Positions 8,898 through 20,365 of a stretch of 64,000 nucleotides of DNA are shown here, piece after piece; the stretch's first letter is position 1, and each line of letters opens with the position of its first letter. The notes beneath the pieces are model-generated. The model had not been told where the DNA came from. It saw only the letters and a program-made list of their open reading frames with translations, and made no database searches. This DNA comes from Candidatus Paceibacter sp. (lineage in GTDB: Bacteria > Patescibacteriota > Patescibacteriia > S139-126). Location: contig DYGA01000002.1 of NCBI GenBank assembly GCA_020724865.1, positions 98,657 through 162,656 of the forward strand. Reading direction: 5' to 3'. The translations under genes and the position numbers were made by a program.

Positions 8898-10658
8898 ATG
8901 ACCTCAACCAGATTTTCTGAAAATTTAATAGAAATTTTAGTTAAAAATAACCAGCTAAAAAGTGAACAGCTGGCTGATTTTAAAGCGCAAATTGCGCAAG
9001 GCAAAGATTTTGAAGAGGTAGCTAAAGCTATGGGTATTAGTGAGGAAGCAATTGCCAAAGCTCAAGGTGAATTTTTCAATTTACCGTATATTGATTTATA
9101 CAATCAAAAAGTTTCCAATGATATATTAAATATTATTCCCAAAGATTTAGCGCAAAATTATCAATTGGTTCCTTTTGAGTTTGATAAAAATACCAAACAT
9201 TTAAAGGTAGGAATTGTTGATCCGGGCGATTTTAAAGCTATAGAAGCAGTAGAATTTTTAGCTCGTAAAAATAATTATCGGGTAGAATATTTTGTTATTA
9301 CTAAAACCGCTTTCAAACACACAGTCAAAAATTACGAATCTTTAAAAACAGAAGTTAAGAAAGCCTTAGATATTGTTGAAGATAGATATCAGAAAAAGAT
9401 TGCTGAAGAAAAAGAGGCTGAAGAAGAAAAAGATTTTGAAGAAGTTATTAAATCAGCCCCAGTATCCAAAATGGTAGAATCGATTTTAAAACATGCAGTT
9501 GAAGGCAATGCTTCTGATATTCACATAGAACCGGCTGAAGATGGCACTAGGGTAAGATATCGTATTGATGGCGTTTTGCATACATCTTTGCGACTACCAA
9601 AGCATTTACATAATTCTTTGATTAGCCGTTTAAAAGTTATTTCCAATTTAAAAATCGATGAAACCAGAGTGCCTCAAGATGGTCGTATCAGAATAGAAAT
9701 TGGTGGGAAAAAAGTTGATTTACGTATTTCTTTTTTACCACTTTTCAACTCAGAAAAAGTGGTATTGAGAATTTTAGATGTTAGTAACAAGGTTATTACT
9801 TTGGAAGAACTTGGATTTTGGGGAAAGGGGTTGGAAATATTAAATGAAAATATAGACAAGTCAACTGGTATGTTTTTGGTTACTGGTCCAACCGGTAGTG
9901 GTAAATCCACAACTCTTTATGCAGTGTTAAATTTACTCAATAAAGAAGGAGTAAATATTCTTACCCTTGAGGATCCGATTGAGTATTATTTAGATGGTAT
10001 AAACCAATCTCAGGTAAATACAGAAGTTGGTTATACTTTTGCCAATGGTTTACGGGCTGCCCTTCGGCAAGATCCTGATATTATTATGGTGGGAGAGGTC
10101 CGTGACAATGAAACTGCTGAATTAGCTATCCACGCTGCTTTGACTGGTCATATGGTATTATCCACCTTACATACCAATGATGCTATAGGAGCAATTCCGC
10201 GGTTAATTGATATGCATATTGAACCATTTTTATTAGCTTCCACCCTAAATGTAGTAATTGCGCAAAGGCTGGTACGAAAAATTTGTGAATTTTGCAAAGA
10301 AGAGGTAAATGATATACCGGAAAAAATCATCGATCAGGTGAAAAAAACTATTGTTGAAGTAAATCCTATACATTTGCCAAAAGATTTGCAGGATATGATA
10401 CATCGTGAAGATTATAAGTTTTATCGTGGTCGCGGTTGTCCGCGTTGTGGTGATTCTGGTTATCAAGGACGACTGGCGATTGTAGAAGTTTTGTCAATGA
10501 ACGACGACTTGAAAAAAGTTTTAGAAAACGGCAAATTGGAGGAAATTGAACAGGTATTTATTGAGCAGGGTCTGCCCAATATGCAACAGGATGGTGTGAT
10601 AAAGGTGTTACAAGGTAAAACTACCATGGAAGAAGTCTTAAGAGTATCCAAAGAATAA
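8898..10658 (+). CDS. pilB: Type IV pilus extension ATPase PilB/GspE
   Basis: ASDIHIEP, GPTGSGKS, EDPIE, RQDPDIIMVGEVRD, TLHTN, two CxxC. Confidence 0.95.
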   Translation: MTSTRFSENLIEILVKNNQLKSEQLADFKAQIAQGKDFEEVAKAMGISEEAIAKAQGEFFNLPYIDLYNQKVSNDILNIIPKDLAQNYQLVPFEFDKNTKHLKVGIVDPGDFKAIEAVEFLARKNNYRVEYFVITKTAFKHTVKNYESLKTEVKKALDIVEDRYQKKIAEEKEAEEEKDFEEVIKSAPVSKMVESILKHAVEGNASDIHIEPAEDGTRVRYRIDGVLHTSLRLPKHLHNSLISRLKVISNLKIDETRVPQDGRIRIEIGGKKVDLRISFLPLFNSEKVVLRILDVSNKVITLEELGFWGKGLEILNENIDKSTGMFLVTGPTGSGKSTTLYAVLNLLNKEGVNILTLEDPIEYYLDGINQSQVNTEVGYTFANGLRAALRQDPDIIMVGEVRDNETAELAIHAALTGHMVLSTLHTNDAIGAIPRLIDMHIEPFLLASTLNVVIAQRLVRKICEFCKEEVNDIPEKIIDQVKKTIVEVNPIHLPKDLQDMIHREDYKFYRGRGCPRCGDSGYQGRLAIVEVLSMNDDLKKVLENGKLEEIEQVFIEQGLPNMQQDGVIKVLQGKTTMEEVLRVSKE

Positions 10659-10659
10659 T

Positions 10660-11040
10660 ATGTCAGCCAAACCCACCGTAATGATAGTTGAAGATGATCA
10701 GTATTTATTATCCTTGTATGCCAAAAAATTTGGCGATGCTGATTTTATTGTTTATTCCGCTCGCGACGGCATGACAGCATTGCGAAATTTAGAAAAATAT
10801 CATCCTCAAGCCGTAGTAGTTGATCTCAATATTCCAGAATTGTCAGGATGGGATTTGCTGGAAATGATAGCCGTAAGTCCAATGCCCAAACCAATTTGTG
10901 TGATACTTTCCAATTATGATCGAACGACCGCTCAAGAAAACAATACTATACCTGACATTGTTAAAGATTATTTTGTTAAAATAAACACTGATCCTGAAGA
11001 ATTAGTCCAAAAGATAAAAAGTTATATAAGTAAAAATTAA
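10660..11040 (+). CDS. Single-domain response regulator (receiver)
   Basis: IVEDD acidic pocket, VVDLNIP phospho-Asp, ILSN, FVK. Confidence 0.85.
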   Translation: MSAKPTVMIVEDDQYLLSLYAKKFGDADFIVYSARDGMTALRNLEKYHPQAVVVDLNIPELSGWDLLEMIAVSPMPKPICVILSNYDRTTAQENNTIPDIVKDYFVKINTDPEELVQKIKSYISKN

Positions 11041-12110
11041 TGCAGACAACTTTAAATATAACCTTAAATAGAATTTTAACTATCCTAGCTGAGCGGCAGG
11101 GTTCTGATTTGCATTTGGTGGTAGGTTCTCGACCCATGATGAGATTACATGAAGAATTGATAGAATTGTCAGAAGAAGAGGTAATAACCAATGATTTTAT
11201 TCAAGGCGTAATTGATATACTACTCACTGAAGAACAAAAACAGTTGTTAGGGAGTCGACGAGAGATTATTTTTGCTTATGATTTTGGCGATCGGGCGCGT
11301 TTTCGTGTAGATGTTTTTTACCAAAAAGGTTTTCCCTCAATAGTTTTTCACTATATTCCCGTAGTTGTAAAACCTTTATCTGAACTGGGATTTCCGAAAA
11401 GTGTAGAAAAATTGACTCAGGAAAGAAGCGGTCTGGTGTTGATAGGCGGACCTTATCGAGCGGGTAAAACAACCACCATGGTTGGATTTATTGAAAGTAT
11501 CAATCGTACCCAACGTAGAAATATTTTAACTTTGGAACAACCCATTGAACATGTTTTAATAAGTAATAAAAGTTTAATTCAACAAAAAGAAGTTGGTAGT
11601 GACGTTGAATCATGGCTAGAAGCTTTGGAAATAAGGGAAGAGGATGTGGATGTACTGATGGTGACTCGTGTTAATAGCCCACGGATAATGTATCGACTTT
11701 TGGAAATTGCCAATAGTGGGGTTTTAGTGTTTATGCCTTTAGAGGGAAATAGTATTGGTCAGCTTTTACATAAAATAATTGAAGATTGTCCGCAAGAAAA
11801 TCGTGAACATTCAAGATATTTATTGTCCAAAGTTTTTCGGGGAGCAATTATTCAAAAACTGCTTCCCAGTATTGGTGGGGGCTTGGTATTGGCAATGGAG
11901 ATTGTCTTTTCTAGCCCAGTAATAGCAGCTGCTATCAAAGAAAATAAATTAGCACAGCTTTCCAGTATTTTATTGACTTCACGCGAACAAGGAATGATTT
12001 CCATGGATCGTTATATTGCAGAACTTGTTAGATCTGGACAAATCGATCAAAGTGTAGCTTTGCAGGAAGTAAATGATCCGGAAAATTTAAAACGGATATT
12101 AAGATCATAG
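11040..12110 (+). CDS. pilT: PilT/PilU-family ATPase-like protein with degenerate catalytic motifs
   Basis: GSDLHLVVG, RFRV, GKTTT retained; Walker B and His box altered. Confidence 0.8.
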   Translation: MQTTLNITLNRILTILAERQGSDLHLVVGSRPMMRLHEELIELSEEEVITNDFIQGVIDILLTEEQKQLLGSRREIIFAYDFGDRARFRVDVFYQKGFPSIVFHYIPVVVKPLSELGFPKSVEKLTQERSGLVLIGGPYRAGKTTTMVGFIESINRTQRRNILTLEQPIEHVLISNKSLIQQKEVGSDVESWLEALEIREEDVDVLMVTRVNSPRIMYRLLEIANSGVLVFMPLEGNSIGQLLHKIIEDCPQENREHSRYLLSKVFRGAIIQKLLPSIGGGLVLAMEIVFSSPVIAAAIKENKLAQLSSILLTSREQGMISMDRYIAELVRSGQIDQSVALQEVNDPENLKRILRS

Positions 12111-12113
12111 TTT

Positions 12114-13319
12114 ATGCCTTTTTTTCAATATCGAGCCAGAAATTCCCGTGGTGAAATTGTACAAGGTTCTGTTGATGCACCTTCAGAAAACGTAGCGTCA
12201 TCAATCTTAGTTGATCGTGGATTGATAATTTTGTCATTAGTAGAAAAAGAAAAAAGTTCTTTAAATATTGATTTGCCGTTTTTAAATCGTATCAAAAATA
12301 AAGATATAGTTGTTTTTTCCCGGCAACTGGCTGTGATGGCTTCAGCTTCAGTGCCGATTGTCCAAGCTTTAAAAATTTTAGTCAATCAGACCAATAATCC
12401 TAGGCTGAAAGTAATTATTTCTGAAGTGGCAGATGAAGTTGATGGTGGCGCGAAACTTTCCCAAGCTTTAGGCAGATATCGCAAAGTATTTTCAGATTTT
12501 TATGTGGCGATGGTCAGATCCGGTGAAACTAGTGGTAAATTGGATGAAGTATTAAATTATTTAGCTGATCAACAAGAAAAAGATTATGATTTAACTTCAA
12601 AAATAAAAGGCGCCATGATTTATCCGGCTTTTATTTTAAGTGGTTTAGTGGTAGTGGCAATAGTAATGATGATATTTGTAGTGCCAAAACTTACGGGAAT
12701 TATTGCTGAATCTGGAGCCGAATTGCCATTTACCACCAGAATTTTGATAGCCGTGTCTGATTTTATGAAAAATTATTGGTATATATTGATTGGAGTTGTC
12801 GGCGGCGGGTTTTTTACTTTATTTAAATTGACCAGAAAAGGACCCGGTAAAATTTTGTATGATCGGTTAAAGTTGAAAGTACCTATTTTTGGCAAACTTT
12901 GGCAACGTATTTATCTGGTGCGGATGACCAGATCTTTATCAACTTTGATTGTTGGTGGAGTGCCCTTGACTACAGCTCTTGAGGTGGTGGCAGATGTGGT
13001 TGGCAACGACCTCTATAGGACTTTGATTAAACAAACTATCAAAGAAGTGGAAGATGGTAACAGTGTGGCGACTTTGTTTTTAAAAAGTAAAGAAGTGCCT
13101 CCGATGGTTTCGCAAATGATGTCAGTGGGAGAACAAACTGGAAGATTAGAACAAATTTTGTTTAAAATTACCGATTTTTACGCTCGGGAAATAGAAAATT
13201 TAGTGGCCAATATGGTTAGTCTAATTGAACCTTTGATAATGGTATTGATGGGCGTGGGAGTTGGGCTTATGGTGGCTGCTATCATAATGCCAATGTATCA
13301 GTTGGCTAGTAGTTTTTAA
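12114..13319 (+). CDS. pilC: Type IV pilus platform protein PilC/GspF
   Basis: FSRQLA, GETSGKLD, AMIYP, GEQTGRL, EPLIM. Confidence 0.95.
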   Translation: MPFFQYRARNSRGEIVQGSVDAPSENVASSILVDRGLIILSLVEKEKSSLNIDLPFLNRIKNKDIVVFSRQLAVMASASVPIVQALKILVNQTNNPRLKVIISEVADEVDGGAKLSQALGRYRKVFSDFYVAMVRSGETSGKLDEVLNYLADQQEKDYDLTSKIKGAMIYPAFILSGLVVVAIVMMIFVVPKLTGIIAESGAELPFTTRILIAVSDFMKNYWYILIGVVGGGFFTLFKLTRKGPGKILYDRLKLKVPIFGKLWQRIYLVRMTRSLSTLIVGGVPLTTALEVVADVVGNDLYRTLIKQTIKEVEDGNSVATLFLKSKEVPPMVSQMMSVGEQTGRLEQILFKITDFYAREIENLVANMVSLIEPLIMVLMGVGVGLMVAAIIMPMYQLASSF

Positions 13320-13370
13320 AAAATTTTTCAGACAAAAATATTTAAGTTAGAATATTTTTTAAATAAATGA

Positions 13371-13403
13371 TTGCTTGTAGTTTTTTTGAAAATGTGCTAT
13401 AAT
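13371..13403 (+). promoter_or_regulatory. Sigma70-type promoter of major pilin
   Basis: Extended -10 TGCTATAAT (13395-13403) upstream of a ~130-nt leader. Confidence 0.55.
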
Positions 13404-13537
13404 TAATTACAGTTAAAAGGTCGGATATTAAATTATGAATATTTTTAAAAAATAAATTAAAAAAAAATGATTTTTGCCACCGTGGTTTGTCCTGTAGCAA
13501 AAGTCATTTTCACAACTAGAAAGGCAGGTGAAAATTT

Positions 13538-13987
13538 ATGAATAAAAAAGGTTTTACTTTAATTGAACTTTTGGTGGTTATTGCTATAATTGGTTTATTG
13601 TCAACTTTAGCGGTAGTATCCCTAAACAACGCTAGAGCTAAATCTCGTGACGCCAAAAGAGTTTCTGATATTAAACAAGTTCAAACTGCTTTAGAGTTAT
13701 TTTATAATGATAATAATGGTTATCCTACTACAACTGTTACAGGTTCAGGTGGTGATGTAATGCCATCTCCAACTGCAGGTAACCCAGCTTGGTCAACTTA
13801 TATGGGTGTAAATCCGCAAGCGCCAACTCCAGCTGATGGTAATTGTACAGGTGGTGCAACAGGCAATAATAGATATGTTTATGCAGCATCAAGTTCCGCA
13901 ACTTATACAATAACATTTTGTTTAGGTGGAGCCACTGGACAATTGCCAGACGGAGTTAGAACAGCTACTCCAGCCGGTATTCAATAG
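13538..13987 (+). CDS. pilA: Major type IV pilin
   Basis: KKGFTLIELLVVIAIIG prepilin motif; own promoter, SD-like AGGTG and terminator; C-terminal Cys pair. Confidence 0.9.
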   Translation: MNKKGFTLIELLVVIAIIGLLSTLAVVSLNNARAKSRDAKRVSDIKQVQTALELFYNDNNGYPTTTVTGSGGDVMPSPTAGNPAWSTYMGVNPQAPTPADGNCTGGATGNNRYVYAASSSATYTITFCLGGATGQLPDGVRTATPAGIQ

Positions 13988-14015
13988 ATTTGAATTAATT
14001 TTACAACTATTTACT

Positions 14016-14046
14016 ACTACCCCGACTATCCGTCGGGGTAGTTTTT
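14016..14046 (+). terminator. Intrinsic terminator after pilin
   Basis: ACTACCCCGAC-TATCC-GTCGGGGTAGT then TTTT. Confidence 0.85.
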
Positions 14047-14079
14047 AATAAATCAGGTAAAAATGTTATAATTAGTTAG

Positions 14080-14865
14080 ATGACTACATTATTGATTTTT
14101 ATTTTTGGTACTTTGCTGGGCAGTTTTATCAATGCTCTGGTTTATCGGCTTAAAAATAATTTTAGTTTTGTATTTTCCCGGTCACATTGTCCCAAATGCA
14201 AAAGTATTTTAGCTTGGTATGAACTTATTCCGATAGTAAGTTTTTTGTGGCAACGGGGCAAATGTACCAAATGCCAGCAAAAAATTTCTTGGCAATATCC
14301 TCTGGTTGAGATTGTTACTGGCTGCTTGTTTGTTTTAATCTATCAAACAAAAATTATAACTCCGCAAATTTTACCAGTCAGTTATGTGGATGTGGTGCAT
14401 ATCAGCGGTTTATTCATATTTACGGTTTGGTTATTGATTATTTTTCTGTATGATTTTAAGTATTATTTGATTTTGGATAAAATTACTGTTCCGGCTATGG
14501 TTTTAGCTTTGGTGTGGCAGTTGGTGCTTGATTTTTCTTTTGGACGTTTGTTGAATATTTTGCTGGCTGGATTGGTTGGTGGTGGGTTTTTTTTACTGCA
14601 ATTTTTGGTTTCCCAAGGCAAATGGATTGGCGGCGGGGACATTAGGCTTGGGGTATTGATGGGCTTGTTGTTGGGTTGGCCACAAGTATTGGTGGCATTA
14701 CTACTTGCTTATGTGATCGGGGCTGGAGTGGCGATAGTTATGGTATTATTAAAAAAGAAGCGCTGGGGCGAACACATACCTTTTGGTACGTTTTTGACCA
14801 TAGGTACTTTTATTGCCTTGTTGTGGGGGGATATAATTATAAAATGGTATCTGGGTCAATTATGA
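14080..14865 (+). CDS. pilD: Prepilin peptidase PilD (A24)
   Basis: RSHCPKC, GKCTKC, YD and GGGD catalytic aspartates, IPFG. Confidence 0.93.
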   Translation: MTTLLIFIFGTLLGSFINALVYRLKNNFSFVFSRSHCPKCKSILAWYELIPIVSFLWQRGKCTKCQQKISWQYPLVEIVTGCLFVLIYQTKIITPQILPVSYVDVVHISGLFIFTVWLLIIFLYDFKYYLILDKITVPAMVLALVWQLVLDFSFGRLLNILLAGLVGGGFFLLQFLVSQGKWIGGGDIRLGVLMGLLLGWPQVLVALLLAYVIGAGVAIVMVLLKKKRWGEHIPFGTFLTIGTFIALLWGDIIIKWYLGQL

Positions 14866-15479
14866 AATATTTTAATTCTAAAAATAGACAAGCTTTTACT
14901 TTACCAGAATTGCTGGTAGCAACGGGGATTTTTTTGATAATTTTATCTATCACTATGGCCAACTTGCGTCAGGGCAATCAAACTAGCGAGTTGAGACTTA
15001 AAGCATTGGAAGTAGCTAATGATATTAGGCGGGTACAAAATAATGCTTTAGTGGCTTTGCCTTTAGCAAATGGTACTATACCTGATCATTGGGGCATACA
15101 TTTTGTCAGTAGTAGCCCCCAATACATAATTTTTGCTGAAACTGCTGGTAGTCCTAATTATAATTTTATGTATAATGCTGGTGAAGCTGTACAAACTATT
15201 ACTTTACCCAATAAATTTATAATTTCGGCAATGAATGATCCGGAAACTTTGAACTGTTCGGGTAAAATTTGGGCTAATAATATGGATATAGTTTTTACCG
15301 TGCCAGCGGGCCAGATATTTTTCAATGGTGTTCAACCATTGAGCGCTTGGGAAACTGGTGCTTGTGGGGATTACAACCCGGGTTGGGTAAATTTAAAATA
15401 TTTGCCAACTGGTCAAAGTATCAATATTGAAATAAACTGGATTTCAGGGAAAATTACCACTACTGATATAATTAATTAA
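14862..15479 (+). CDS. Minor pilin (FimT/GspH-like)
   Basis: Start re-called to ATG 14862 (ATGA overlap with pilD stop); QAFTLPELLV prepilin motif. Confidence 0.8.
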   Translation: MKYFNSKNRQAFTLPELLVATGIFLIILSITMANLRQGNQTSELRLKALEVANDIRRVQNNALVALPLANGTIPDHWGIHFVSSSPQYIIFAETAGSPNYNFMYNAGEAVQTITLPNKFIISAMNDPETLNCSGKIWANNMDIVFTVPAGQIFFNGVQPLSAWETGACGDYNPGWVNLKYLPTGQSINIEINWISGKITTTDIIN

Positions 15480-16088
15480 ATGATAAAAAATAAGAAAAAT
15501 TTATTAGGCCAAGGTTTAATGGAAGTAATTGTGGCGATTGCTATTATAACTACCGGTATTGCAGGTACGATCACTTTGACTTATTCTAATTTGCGTAGTA
15601 ACGAAACTTCTTTCAACCAAATAGTTGCTGCCAATTTAGCCCGAGAAGGAATTGAAGTAATAAGAAATATACGCGACGAAAATTGGCTGCAAGGAAAAAC
15701 TTGGATACAGGGGCTTAAAAATACTACCAGTAATACTACAGATTATGATGGTAATATAAATTTTGATAAAGCCACTAAACGTTGGAGTCTTGATTTGACA
15801 AAAAATGGTATAACTGAAGGCAGATTATATATAGATGCTGACGGTATTTATAATCATACAAACGGTACCCCAACACCTTACTGGCGCAATGTGGAGGTGA
15901 GAGTTATTTTGTGTCAGTTTAAAAATGATCGTAATAACATTGAGGCGGTCGACGGCAATTGTCAAAATTATGCCGCTTGGGAAGCGGTGGGTATCAAAGT
16001 GATAAGTAATGTCCAGTGGCAAGAAAAAGGTCAAACCAAAACATATCGTTTAGAAGAAAATTTATATAATTGGCATGATGCTTATTAG
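15480..16088 (+). CDS. Minor pilin (PilV-like)
   Basis: GQGLMEVIVA N-terminus; LAREGIEVIRNIRDENW. Confidence 0.8.
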   Translation: MIKNKKNLLGQGLMEVIVAIAIITTGIAGTITLTYSNLRSNETSFNQIVAANLAREGIEVIRNIRDENWLQGKTWIQGLKNTTSNTTDYDGNINFDKATKRWSLDLTKNGITEGRLYIDADGIYNHTNGTPTPYWRNVEVRVILCQFKNDRNNIEAVDGNCQNYAAWEAVGIKVISNVQWQEKGQTKTYRLEENLYNWHDAY

Positions 16089-16671
16089 TAAAAAAAATCA
16101 AACCGGTTTTACCCTAATGGAGATAGTGGTAGGTTTAGCGCTGTTTGGCGTGGCTTTGATTGCTTTGACTGATATTTATCTACTCTCCCAAAAGACTCAA
16201 AATAAATTGGTAGGAGAAACCAGAATTCAAGCTGATGCCAGATTCGTTATGGAGGTTTTAGCTCGCGAAATAAGGATGAATCTGATTGATTATACCGCCA
16301 TAGATCCGGCAGATTTTTCACCGGCTTTAGGTTATTTGCCTTTAATTGATGTGGCTGGTAATCGTTTGGTTTTTATGACAACTTCATCGCCGGCAATTTG
16401 TGAACCAGGAACTGCTAGTTGTTTAGCTGTAAAGCAAAATGATTCGGCTTGGGCTAGTATTACTCCCAGAGGAGTAAATATATTGAAATCTGAATTTTAT
16501 ATTTATCCAGAAGCTGATCCTTATACCATTGTCGGCAATCAATATGCAGCCAGTAGTACTCCTAGAGTAACTATCATCTTATCTTCAGAAAATATTACCA
16601 GTAAACAAGCAGAAAAAAATATACAAAATTTACAAACCACTGTATCATCGCGAGTGTATAAAAGATTTTAG
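16075..16671 (+). CDS. Minor pilin (PilW-like)
   Basis: GFTLMEIVV; LAREIR; C-terminal LQTTVSSR. Confidence 0.8.
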   Translation: MMLISKKNQTGFTLMEIVVGLALFGVALIALTDIYLLSQKTQNKLVGETRIQADARFVMEVLAREIRMNLIDYTAIDPADFSPALGYLPLIDVAGNRLVFMTTSSPAICEPGTASCLAVKQNDSAWASITPRGVNILKSEFYIYPEADPYTIVGNQYAASSTPRVTIILSSENITSKQAEKNIQNLQTTVSSRVYKRF

Positions 16672-16674
16672 TTT

Positions 16675-19571
<2,897 letters not shown>

Positions 19572-19597
19572 AAAAATATTTTTATTTTTACTTTTTG

Positions 19598-19775
19598 CAG
19601 TCCCGCGGTCGCGGGATAGTCAAAACTTCCGATCAGCTCTGTTGTTCAGGTAAAATTGCCAATCTGCTCGTGCGCTTCTTAAAATTCGCTGCGTTTAGTT
19701 GAGAGAGGTATATTCTGTTCTCTTTTTGGCAATTTTTCACTTCAGGCAACGGAAGGTCAGCAAGAAATTTTAATT
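19598..19775 (+). ncRNA. Putative structured RNA A (family unassigned)
   Basis: GC-enriched non-coding tract; hairpin 19601-19616; 11-bp stem 19652-19662/19726-19736; G-U-containing stem 19638-19646/19745-19753. Confidence 0.45.
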
Positions 19776-19821
19776 AAGATTAAATAATTTAGTATTAGTT
19801 TAAAATTTACAGTTTAAAATT

Positions 19822-19850
19822 AAAAAGCTGTCTGGTTGACAGCTTTATTT
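19822..19850. terminator. Intrinsic terminator, possibly bidirectional
   Basis: AAAGCTGTC-TGGTT-GACAGCTTT. Confidence 0.65.
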
Positions 19851-19860
19851 TAATTTTTTT

Positions 19861-19960
19861 AAAAAAGGGCAGGGCTGGCATGGGTGGGGGTATGTTGCCA
19901 ATCTTATAAGGATTCATCATCCCTACTGAAGATTACGCCCTGCCGCGTTTAAAGAGCTAG
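19861..19960 (-). ncRNA. Putative ~100-nt small RNA B (family unassigned)
   Basis: Minus-strand TTGACA-N16-TAATAT promoter (19995-19968); closing stem GGCAGGGC/GCCCTGCC followed by U-tract; internal hairpins. Confidence 0.5.
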
Positions 19961-20083
19961 TTTTTTTATATTAGCTTATCAAAAAAATATGTCAAGTCCG
20001 TTTTGGATTTAACTGTGATATTTTATATTTTTATCTTTTAGCCTATAGGTTGGCTTTTTTTGGTTATTTGTTAAAATAATATT

Positions 20084-20365
20084 ATGATTGATAAAAAACA
20101 AATTGAGCATTTAGCCAGACTTTCCCGGATAAGTTTATCCTCAGAAGAAATAATATCATTTCAGCATCAGGTGGCTGATATTTTAAATTTTGTTTCAATA
20201 TTACAAAAAATTGATACTTCCGACATCATTCCCAGTTTTTATTTAGCTGAGCAAACAAATTTTCGTGATGATGAAATTAAAGTTTTTCCAGATAGAGATA
20301 ACTTAATATCAGCTATGCCAGAAAAAAAAGATAGTTTATTAAAAATTCCTAAAATATTTTCATGA
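20084..20365 (+). CDS. gatC: Asp/Glu-tRNA amidotransferase subunit C
   Basis: IEHLARLSRI...IL.FV..L; overlaps gatA start. Confidence 0.88.
   Translation: MIDKKQIEHLARLSRISLSSEEIISFQHQVADILNFVSILQKIDTSDIIPSFYLAEQTNFRDDEIKVFPDRDNLISAMPEKKDSLLKIPKIFS

Noticed and set aside
14676-14861. N-terminal extension of the first minor pilin
   Set aside because: It overlaps pilD by about 190 nt; the prepilin motif and ATGA coupling place the start at 14862
19741-19765. SRP RNA (TCAGG...GGAA...CAGC resemblance)
   Set aside because: The bases flanking GGAA do not form the domain IV stem and AGCAG is not matched
19921-19935. Hammerhead ribozyme (CTGAAGA core)
   Set aside because: No suitably placed GAAA or cleavage triplet with the required stems
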